Origin: Auanema rhodensis
Taxonomy: Eukaryota; Animalia; Nematoda
Direction: 5' to 3'
Length of the DNA: 64,000 bases
NCBI GenBank assembly: GCA_964057225.1
Contig: OZ059896.1
Location: 2,542,001-2,606,000, forward strand
Shown: one piece after another, positions 43,630 to 55,600 of the stretch
How positions within the stretch are numbered: position 1 is the stretch's first letter
Layout: every line of letters begins with the position of its first letter
Program-made: the position numbers and the translations under genes
Notes under the pieces: generated by a model
Databases searched by the model: none
Seen by the model: only the letters and a program-made list of their open reading frames with translations
Told to the model about the DNA's origin: nothing

Positions 43630-45030
43630 TTAGACTAATATGGACATGGGGAATCTAATTTTGAAAACCGCATCTCTTATCTTCCACGTGAAGCGAGTTA
43701 CATACCAAGTGCACATCACGTGTACATTTAATTAGCATAAATTAAAGTTCACGTAATTTTCAAAGTCATGGTTACCATGAACCAATATCAATGAATATTT
43801 GTTTTTAGACTAATATGGACATGGGGAATCTAATTTTGAAAACCGCATCTATTTATCTTTCACGCGAAGCGAGTTACATACCAAGTGCACATCACGTGTA
43901 CATTTAATTAGCATAAAGTAAAGTTCACGTAAATTTCAAACTCATGGTTACCATGCACCAATATCAATAAAAATTTGTTTTTAGACTAATATGGACATGG
44001 GGAATCTAATTTTGAAAAACGCATCTCTTTATCTTTCACGTGAAGCGAGTTACATACCAAGTGCACATCACGTGTACATTTAATTAGCATAAATTAAAGT
44101 TCACGTAAATTTCAAACTCATGGTTACCATGCACCAATATCAATAAAAATTTGTTTTTAGACTAATATGGACATGGGGAATCTAATTTTGAAAACCGCAT
44201 CTCTTATCTTCCACGTGAAGCGAGTTACATACCAAGTGCACATCACGTGTACATTTAATTAGCATAAATTAAAGTTCACGTAATTTTCAAAGTCATGGTT
44301 ACCATGAACCAATATCAATGAATATTTGTTTTTAGACTAATATGGACATGGGGAATCTAATTTTGAAAACCGCATCTATTTATCTTTCACGCGAAGCGAG
44401 TTACATACCAAGTGCACATCACGTGTACATTTAATTAGCATAAAGTAAAGTTCACGTAAATTTCAAACTCATGGTTACCATGCACCAATATCAATAAAAA
44501 TTTGTTTTTAGACTAATATGGACATGGGGAATCTAATTTTGAAAAACGCATCTCTTTATCTTTCACGTGAAGCGAGTTACATACCAAGTGCACATCACGT
44601 GTACATTTAATTAGCATAAATTAAAGTTCACGTAAATTTCAAACTCATGGTTACCATGCACCAATATCAATAAAAATTTGTTTTTAGACTAATATGGACA
44701 TGGGGAATCTAATTTTGAAAACCGCATCTCTTATCTTCCACGTGAAGCGAGTTACATACCAAGTGCACATCACGTGTACAATTAATTAGCATAAATTAAA
44801 GTTCACGTAATTTTCAAAGTCATGGTTACCATGAACCAATATCAATGAATATTTGTTTTTAGACTAATATGGACATGGGGAATCTAATTTTGAAAACCGC
44901 ATCTATTTATCTTTCACGCGAAGCGAGTTACATACCAAGTGCACATCACGTGTACATTTAATTAGCATAAAGTAAAGTTCACGTAAATTTCAAACTCATG
45001 GTTACCATGCACCAATATCAATAAAATTTT
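43630..45030. repeat. Trimer (527-bp) local higher-order repeat, nearly 3 copies
   Basis: The deletion monomer recurs at 43673, 44200 and 44727, each followed by the ctattt/cacgcg/aaagtaaag monomer. Confidence 0.85.
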
Positions 45031-48000
45031 GTTTTTAGACTAATATGGACATGGGGAATCTAATTTTGAAAACCGCATCTCTTTATCTTTCACGTGAAGC
45101 GAGTTACATACCAAGTGCACATCACGTGTACATTTAATTAGCATAAATTAAAGTTCACGTAAATTTCAAACTCATGGTTACCATGCACCAATATCAATAA
45201 AAATTTGTTTTTAGACTAATATGGACATGGGGAATCTAATTTTGAAAAACGCATCTCTTTATCTTTCACGTGAAGCGAGTTACATACCAAGTGCACATCA
45301 CGTGTACATTTAATTAGCATAAATTAAAGTTCACGTAAAATTCAAAGTCATGGTTACCATGCACCAATATCAATAAAATTTTGTTTTTAGACTAATATGG
45401 ACATGGGGAATCTAATTTTAAAAACCGCATCTTTTTATCTTTCACGTGAAGCGAGTTACATACCAAGTGCACATCACGTGTACATTTAATTAGCATAAAT
45501 TAAAGTTCACGTAAATTTCAAAGTCATGGTTACCATGCACCAATATCAATAAAATTTTGTTTTTAGACTAATATGGACATGGGGAATCTAATTTTGAAAA
45601 ACGCATCTCTTTATCTTTCACGTGAAGCGAGTTACATACCAAGTGCACATCACGTGTACATTTAATTAGCATAAATTAAAGTTCACGTAAAATTCAAAGT
45701 CATGGTTACCATGCACCAATATCAATAAAATTTTGTTTTTAGACTAATATGGACATGGGGAATCTAATTTTGAAAACCGCATCTTTTTATCTTTCACGTG
45801 AAGCGAGTTACATACCAAGTGCACATCACGTGTACATTTAATTAGCATAAATTAAAGTTCACGTAAATTTCAAAGTCATGGTTACCATGCACCAATATCA
45901 ATAAAATTTTGTTTTTAGACTAATATGGACATGGGGAATCTAATTTTGAAAACCGCATCTCTTTATCTTTCACGTGAAGCGAGTTACATACCAAGTGCAC
46001 ATCACGTGTACATTTAATTAGCATAAATTAAAGTTCACGTAAATTTCAAACTCATGGTTACCATGCACCAATATCAATAAAAATTTGTTTTTAGACTAAT
46101 ATGGACATGGAGAATCTAATTTTGAAAACCGCATCTCTTTATCTTTCACGTGAAGCGAGTTACATACCAAGTGCACATCACGTGTACATTTAATTAGCAT
46201 AAATTAAAGTTCACGTAAATTTCAAACTCATGGTTACCATGCACCAATATCAATAAAAATTTGTTTTTAGACTAATATGGACATGGAGAATCTATTTTTA
46301 AAAACCGCATCTCTTTATCTTTCACGTGAAGCGAGTTACATACCAAGTGCACATCACGTGTACATTTAATTAGCATAAATTAAAGTTCACGTAAATTTCA
46401 AACTCATGGTTACCATGCACCAATATCAATAAAAATTTGTTTTTAGACTAATATGGACATGGGGAATCTAATTTTGAAAACCGCATCTCTTATCTTCCAC
46501 GTGAAGCGAGTTACATACCAAGTGCACATCACGTGTACATTTAATTAGCATAAATTAAAGTTCACGTAATTTTCAAAGTCATGGTTACCATGAACCAATA
46601 TCAATGAATATTTGTTTTTAGACTAATATGGACATGGGGAATCTAATTTTGAAAACCGCATCTATTTATCTTTCACGCGAAGCGAGTTACATACCAAGTG
46701 CACATCACGTGTACATTTAATTAGCATAAAGTAAAGTTCACGTAAATTTCAAACTCATGGTTACCATGCACCAATATCAATAAAAATTTGTTTTTAGACT
46801 AATATGGACATGGGGAATCTAATTTTGAAAAACGCATCTCTTTATCTTTCACGTGAAGCGAGTTACATACCAAGTGCACATCACGTGTACATTTAATTAG
46901 CATAAATTAAAGTTCACGTAAATTTCAAACTCATGGTTACCATGCACCAATATCAATAAAAATTTGTTTTTAGACTAATATGGACATGGGGAATCTAATT
47001 TTGAAAACCGCATCTCTTATCTTCCACGTGAAGCGAGTTACATACCAAGTGCACATCACGTGTACATTTAATTAGCATAAATTAAAGTTCACGTAATTTT
47101 CAAAGTCATGGTTACCATGAACCAATATCAATGAATATTTGTTTTTAGACTAATATGGACATGGGGAATCTAATTTTGAAAACCGCATCTATTTATCTTT
47201 CACGCGAAGCGAGTTACATACCAAGTGCACATCACGTGTACATTTAATTAGCATAAAGTAAAGTTCACGTAAATTTCAAACTCATGGTTACCATGCACCA
47301 ATATCAATAAAAATTTGTTTTTAGACTGATATGGACATGGGGAATCTAATTTTGAAAAACGCATCTCTTTATCTTTCACGTGAAGCGAGTTACATACCAA
47401 GTGCACATCACGTGTACATTTAATTAGCATAAATTAAAGTTCACGTAAATTTCAAAGTCATGGTTACCATGCACCAATATCAATAAAATTTTGTTTTTAG
47501 ACTAATATGGACATGGGAAATCTAAATTTGAAAACCGCATCTCTTTATCTTTCACGTGAAGCGAGTTACATACCAAGTGCACATCACGTGTACATTTAAT
47601 TAGCATAAATTAAAGTTCACGTAAATTTCAAACTCATGGTTACCATGCACCAATATCAATAAAATTTTGTTTTTAGACTAATATGGACATGGGGAATCTA
47701 ATTTTGAAAACCGCATCTCTTTATCTTTCACGTGAAGCGAGTTACATACCAAGTGCACATCACGTGTACATTTAATTAGCATAAATTAAAGTTCACGTAA
47801 ATTTCAAAGTCATGGTTACCATGCACCAATATCAATAAAAATTTGTTTTTAGACTAATATGGACATGGAGAATCCATTTTTAAAAACCGCATCTCTTTAT
47901 CTTCCACGTGAAGCGAGTTACATACCAAGTGCACATCACGTGTACATTTAATTAGCATAAATTAAAGTTCACGTAAATTTCAAACTCATGGTTACCATGC

Positions 48001-49669
48001 ACCAATATCAATAAAAATTTGTTTTCAAACTAATATGGACATGGGGATTCTAATTTTGAAAACCGCATCTCTTTATCTTTCACGTGAAGCGAGTTACATA
48101 CCAAGTGCACATCACGTGTACATTTAATTAGCATAAATTAAAGTTCACGTAAAATTCAAAGTCATGGTTACCATGCACCAATATCAATAAAATTTTGTTT
48201 TTAGACTAATATGGACATGGGGAATCTAATTTTGAAAACCGCATCTTTTTATCTTTCACGTGAAGCGAGTTACATACCAAGTGCACATCACGTGTACATT
48301 TAATTAGCATAAATTAAAGTTCACGTAAATTTCAAACTCATGGTTACCATGCACCAATATCAATAAAAATTTGTTTTTAGACTAATATGGACATGGAGAA
48401 TCTAATTTCGAAAATCGCATCTCTTTATCTTCCACGTGAGGCGAGTTACATACCAAGTGCACATCACGTGTACATTTAATTAGCATAAATTAAAGTTCAC
48501 GTAAATTTCAAAGTCATGGTTACCATGAACCAATATCAATAAAAATTTGTTTTTAGACTAATATGGACATGGGGAATCTAATTTTGAAAACCGCATCTCT
48601 TTATCTTTCAAGTGAAGCGAGTTACATACCAAGTGCACATCACGTGTACATTTAATTAGCATAAATTAAAGTTCACGTAAATTTCAAATTCATGGTTACC
48701 ATGAACCAATATCAATAAAAATTTGTTTTCAAACTAATATGGACATGGGGATTCTAATTTTGAAAACCGCATCTCTTTATCTTTCACGTGAAGCGAGTTA
48801 CATACCTAGTGCACATCACGTGTACATTTAATTAGCATAAATTAAAGTTCACGTAAATTTCAAAGTCATGGTTACCATGCACCAATATTAATAAAAATTT
48901 GTTTTTAGACTAATATGGACATGGGGAATCTAATTTTGAAAACCGCATCTCTTTATCTTTCACGTGAAGCGAGTTACATACCAAGTGCACATCACGTGTA
49001 CACTTAATTAGCATAAATTAAAGTTCACGTAAATTTCAAAGTCATGGTTACCATGCACCAATATCAATAAAAATTTGTTTTTAGACTAATATGGACATGG
49101 GGAATCTAATTTTGAAAACCGCATCTCTTTATCTTTCACGTGAAGCGAGTTACATACCAAGTGCACATCACGTGTACATTTAATTAGCATAAATTAAAGT
49201 TCACGTAAATTTCAAAGTCATGGTTACCATGAACCAATATCAATAAAAATTTGTTTTTAGACTAATATGGACATGGGGAATCTAATTTTGAAAACTGCAT
49301 CTCTTTATCTTTCACGTGAAGCGAGTTACACACCAAGTGCACATCACGTGTACATTTAATTAGCATAAATTAAAGTTCATGTAAATTTCAAAGTCATGGT
49401 TACCATGCACCAATATCAATAAAAGTTTGTTTTTAGACTAATATGGACATGGGGAATCTAATTTTGAGAACCGCATCTCTTTATCTTTCACGTGAAGCGA
49501 GTTACATATAAAGTGCACATCACGTGTACATTTAATTAGCATAAATTAAAGTTCACGTAAGTTTCAAAGTCATGGTTACCATGAACCAATATCAATAAAA
49601 ATTTGTTTTTAGACTAATATGGACATGGGGAATCTAATTTTGAAAACCGCATCTCTTTATCTTTCACGT

Positions 49670-52600
49670 GAAGCGAGTTACATACCAAGTGCACATCACG
49701 TGTACATTTAATTAGCATAAATTAAAGTTCACGTAAATTTCAAAGTCATGGTTACCATGAACCAATATCAATAAAAATTTGTTTTTAGACTAATATGGAC
49801 ATGGGGAATCTAATTTTGAAAACTGCATCTCTTTATCTTTCACGTGAAGCGAGTTACATACCAAGTGCACATCACGTGTACATTTAATTAGCATAAATTA
49901 AAGTTCATGTAAATTTCAAAGTCATGGTTACCATGCACCAATATCAATAAAAGTTTGTTTTTAGACTAATACGGACATGGGGAATCTAATTTTGAGAACC
50001 GCATCTCTTTATCTTTCACGTGAAGCGAGTTACATATAAAGTGCACATCACGTGTACATTTAATTAGCATAAATTAAAGTTCACGTAAGTTTCAAAGTCA
50101 TGGTTACCATGAACCAATATCAATAAAAATTTGTTTTCAAACTAATATGGACATGGGGAATCTAATTTTGAAAACCGCATCTCTTTATCTTTCACGTGAA
50201 GCGAGTTACATACCAAGTGCACATCACGTGTACATTTAATTAGCATAAATTAAAGTTCACGTAAATTTCAAAGTCATGGTTACCATGAACCAATATCAAT
50301 AAAAATTTGTTTTTAAACTAATATGGACATGGGGATTCTAATTTTGAAAACCGCATCTCTTTATCTTTCACGTGAAGCGAGTTACATACCTAGTGCACAT
50401 CACGTGTACATTTAATTAGCATAAATTAAAGTTCACGTAAATTTCAAAGTCATGGTTACCATGAACCAATATCAATAAAAATTTGTTTTTAGACTAATTT
50501 GGACATGGGGATTCTAATTTTGAAAACCGCATCTCTTTATCTTTCACGTGAAGCGAGTTACATACCTAGTGCACATCACGTGTACATTTAATTAGCATAA
50601 ATTAAAGTTCACGTAAATTTCAAAGTCATGGTTACCATGAACCAATATCAATAAAAATTTGTTTTTAAACTAATATGGACATGGGGAATCTAATTTTGAA
50701 AACCGCATCTCTTTATCTTTCACGTGAAGCGAGTTACATACCTAGTGCACATCACGTGTACATTTAATTAGCATAACTTAAAGTTCACGTAAATTTCAAA
50801 GTCATGGTTACCATGCACCAATATCAATAAAAATTTGTTTTCAAACTAATATGGACATGGGGATTCTAATTTTGAAAACCGCATCTCTTTATCTTTCACG
50901 TGAAGCGAGTTACATACCAAGTGCACATCACGTGTACATTTAATTAGCATAAATTAAAGTTCACGTAAAATTCAAAGTCATGGTTACCATGCACCAATAT
51001 CAATAAAATTTTGTTTTTAGACTAATATGGACATGGGGAATCTAATTTTGAAAACCGCATCTCTTTATCTTTCACGTGAAGCGAGTTACATACCAAGTGC
51101 ACATCACGTGTACATTTAATTAGCATAAATTAAAGTTCACGTAAATTTCAAACTCATGGTTACCATGCACCAATATCAATAAAAATTTGTTTTTAGACTA
51201 ATATGGACATGGAGAATCTAATTTCGAAAATCGCATCTCTTTATCTTTCACGTGAGGCGAGTTACATACCAAGTGCACATCACGTGTACATTTAATTAGC
51301 ATAAATTAAAGTTCACGTAAATTTCAAAGTCATGGTTACCATGAACCAATATCAATAAAAATTTGTTTTTAGACTAATATGGACATGGGGAATCTAATTT
51401 TGAAAACCGCATCTCTTTATCTTTCAAGTGAAGCGAGTTACATACCAAGTGCACATCACGTGTACATTTAATTAGCATAAATTAAAGTTCACGTAAATTT
51501 CAAATTCATGGTTACCATGAACCAATATCAATAAAAATTTGTTTTCAAACTAATATGGACATGGGGATTCTAATTTTGAAAACCGCATCTCTTTATCTTT
51601 CACGTGAAGCGAGTTACATACCTAGTGCACATCACGTGTACATTTAATTAGCATAAATTAAAGTTCACGTAAATTTCAAAGTCATGGTTACCATGCACCA
51701 ATATTAATAAAAATTTGTTTTTAGACTAATATGGACATGGGGAATCTAATTTTGAAAACCGCATCTCTTTATCTTTCACGTGAAGCGAGTTACATACCAA
51801 GTGCACATCACGTGTACACTTAATTAGCATAAATTAAAGTTCACGTAAATTTCAAAGTCATGGTTACCATGCACCAATATCAATAAAAATTTGTTTTTAG
51901 ACTAATATGGACATGGGGAATCTAATTTTAAAAACCGCATCTCTTTATCTTTCACGTGAAGCGAGTTACATACCAAGTGCACATCACGTGTACATTTAAT
52001 TAGCATAAATTAAAGTTCACGTAAATTTCAAAGTCATGGTTACCATGAACCAATATCAATAAAAATTTGTTTTTAGACTAATATGGACATGGGGAATCTA
52101 ATTTTGAAAACTGCATCTCTTTATCTTTCACGTGAAGCGAGTTACATACCAAGTGCACATCACGTGTACATTTAATTAGCATAAATTAAAGTTCATGTAA
52201 ATTTCAAAGTCATGGTTACCATGCACCAATATCAATAAAAGTTTGTTTTTAGACTAATATGGACATGGGGAATCTAATTTTGAGAACCGCATCTCTTTAT
52301 CTTTCACGTGAAGCGAGTTACATATAAAGTGCACATCACGTGTACATTTAATTAGCATAAATTAAAGTTCACGTAAGTTTCAAAGTCATGGTTACCATGA
52401 ACCAATATCAATAAAAATTTGTTTTTAGACTAATATGGACATGGGGAATCTAATTTTGAAAACCGCATCTCTTTATCTTTCACGTGAAGCGAGTTACATA
52501 CCAAGTGCACATCACGTGTACATTTAATTAGCATAAATTAAAGTTCACGTAAATTTCAAAGTCATGGTTACCATGAACCAATATCAATAAAAATTTGTTT

Positions 52601-55600
52601 TTAAACTAATATGGACATGGGGAATCTAATTTTTAAAACCGCATTTCTTTATCTTTCAAGTGAAGCGAGTTACATACCAAGTGCACATCACGTGTACATT
52701 TAATTAGCATAAATTAAAGTTCACGTAAATTTCAAAGTCATGGTTACCATGAACCAATATCAATAAAAATTTGTTTTTAGACTAATATGGACATGGGGAA
52801 TCTAATTTTGAAAACTGCATCTCTTTATCTTTCACGTGAAGCGAGTTACATACCAAGTGCACATCACGTGTACATTTAATTAGCATAAATTAAAGTTCAT
52901 GTAAATTTCAAAGTCATGGTTACCATGCACCAATATCAATAAAAGTTTGTTTTTAGACTAATATGGACATGGGGAATCTAATTTTGAGAACCGCATCTCT
53001 TTATCTTTCACGTGAAGCGAGTTACATATAAAGTGCACATCACGTGTACATTTAATTAGCATAAATTAAAGTTCACGTAAGTTTCAAAGTCATGGTTACC
53101 ATGAACCAATATCAATAAAAATTTGTTTTTAGACTAATATGGACATGGGGAATCTAATTTTGAAAACCGCATCTCTTTATCTTTCACGTGAAGCGAGTTA
53201 CATACCAAGTGCACATCACGTGTACATTTAATTAGCATAAATTAAAGTTCACGTAAATTTCAAAGTCATGGTTACCATGAACCAATATCAATAAAAATTT
53301 GTTTTTAAACTAATATGGACATGGGGAATCTAATTTTTAAAACCGCATTTCTTTATCTTTCAAGTGAAGCGAGTTACATACCAAGTGCACATCACGTGTA
53401 CATTTAATTAGCATAAATTAAAGTTCACGTAAATTTCAAAGTCATGGTTACCATGAACCAATATCAATAAAAATTTGTTTTCAAACTAATATGGACATGG
53501 GGATTCTAATTTTGAAAACCGCATCTCTTTATCTTTCACGTGAAGCGAGTTACATACCTAGTGCACATCACGTGTACATTTAATTAGCATAAATTAAAGT
53601 TCACGTAAATTTCAAAGTCATGGTTACCATGAACCAATATCAATAAAAATTTGTTTTTAGACTAATTTGGACATGGGGAATCTAATTTTGAAAACCGCAT
53701 CTCTTTATCTTTCAAGTGAAGCGAGTTACATACCAAGTGCACATCACGTGTACATTTAATTAGCATAAATTAAAGTTCACGTAAATTTCAAAGTCATGGT
53801 TACCATGAACCAATATCAATAAAAATTTGTTTTTAAACTAATATGGACATGGGGAATCTAATTTTGAAAACCGCATCTTTTTATCTTTCACGTGAAGCGA
53901 GTTACATACCTAGTGCACATCACGTGTACATTTAATTAGCATAAGTTAAAGTTCACGTAAATTTCAAAGTCATGGTTACCATGAACCAATATCAATAAAA
54001 ATTTGTTTTTAGACTAATATGGACATGGGGAATCTAATTTTGAAAACCGCATCTCTTTATCTTTCACGTGAAGCGAGTTACATATAAAGTGCACATCACG
54101 TGTACATTTAATTAGCATAAATTAAAGTTCACGTAAATTTCAAAGTCATGGTTACCATGAACCAATATCAATAAAAATTTGTTTTTAAACTAATATGGAC
54201 ATGGGGATTCTAATTTTGAAAACCGCATCTCTTTATCTTTCACGTGAAGCGAGTTACATACCTAGTGCACATCACGTGTACATTTAATTAGCATAAATTA
54301 AAGTTCACGTAAATTTCAAAGTCATGGTTACCATGAACCAATATCAATAAAAATTTGTTTTTAGACTAATTTGGACATGGGGATTCTAATTTTGAAAACC
54401 GCATCTCTTTATCTTTCACGTGAAGCGAGTTACATACCTAGTGCACATCACGTGTACATTTAATTAGCATAAATTAAAGTTCACGTAAATTTCAAAGTCA
54501 TGGTTACCATGAACCAATATCAATAAAAATTTGTTTTTAAACTAATATGGACATGGGGAATCTAATTTTGAAAACCGCATCTCTTTATCTTTCACGTGAA
54601 GCGAGTTACATACCTAGTGCACATCACGTGTACATTTAATTAGCATAACTTAAAGTTCACGTAAATTTCAAAGTCATGGTTACCATGCACCAATATCAAT
54701 AAAAGTTTGTTTTTAGACTAATATGGACATGGGGAATCTAATTTTGAGAACCGCATCTCTTTATCTTTCACGTGAAGCGAGTTACATATAAAGTGCACAT
54801 CACGTGTACATTTAATTAGCATAAATTAAAGTTCACGTAAATTTCAAAGTCATGGTTACCATGAACCAATATCAATAAAAATTTGTTTTTAGACTAATAT
54901 GGACATGGGGAATCTACTTTTGAAAACCGCATCTCTTTATCTTTCACGTGAAGCGAGTTACATACCAAGTGCACATCACGTGTACATTTAATTAGCATAA
55001 ATTAAAGTTCACGTAAATTTCAAAGTCATGGTTACCATGAACCAATATCAATAAAAATTTGTTTTTAAACTAATATGGACATGGGGAATCTAATTTTGAA
55101 AACCGCATCTCTTTATCTTTCAAGTGAAGCGAGTTACATACCAAGTGCACATCACGTGTACATTTAATTAGCATAAATTAAAGTTCACGTAAATTTCAAA
55201 GTCATGGTTACCATGAACCAATATCAATAAAAATTTGTTTTCAAACTAATATGGACATGGGGATTCTAATTTTGAAAACCGCATCTCTTTATCTTTCACG
55301 TGAAGCGAGTTACATACCTAGTGCACATCACGTGTACATTTAATTAGCATAAATTAAAGTTCACGTAAATTTCAAAGTCATGATTACCATGAACCAATAT
55401 CAATAAAAATTTGTTTTTAGACTAATTTGGACATGGGGAATCTAATTTTGAAAACCGCATCTCTTTATCTTTCAAGTGAAGCGAGTTACATACCAAGTGC
55501 ACATCACGTGTACATTTAATTAGCATAAATTAAAGTTCACGTAAATTTCAAATTCATGGTTACCATGAACCAATATCAATAAAAATTTGTTTTTAGACTA

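Larger units (their letters stand above)
19006..48376. repeat. Satellite haplotype domain II
   Basis: Contains 21 of the 24 175-bp deletion monomers (ctcttatcttccacgtg), plus aatgaatatttg, ctatttatctttcacgcg, aaagtaaag, gagtcacat, aatccatttttaaaa and tggtcatgg. Confidence 0.8.

Noticed and set aside
1160-47430. Five 60-aa minus-strand ORFs (MLIKCTRDVH...) at 1160, 3800, 31069, 31949 and 47248
   Set aside because: Each is simply a monomer in which one SNP (gactaat to gagtaat or gactgat) removes a minus-strand TAG. The copies track known block duplications (offsets 2640 and 16179). The monomer length is not a multiple of 3 and I recognise no protein domain.
48400-48420. Possible CENP-B box at the tttcgaaaatcg variant
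   Set aside because: Only TTCG matches. The remainder of the TTCG-N4-A-N2-CGGG pattern is absent.
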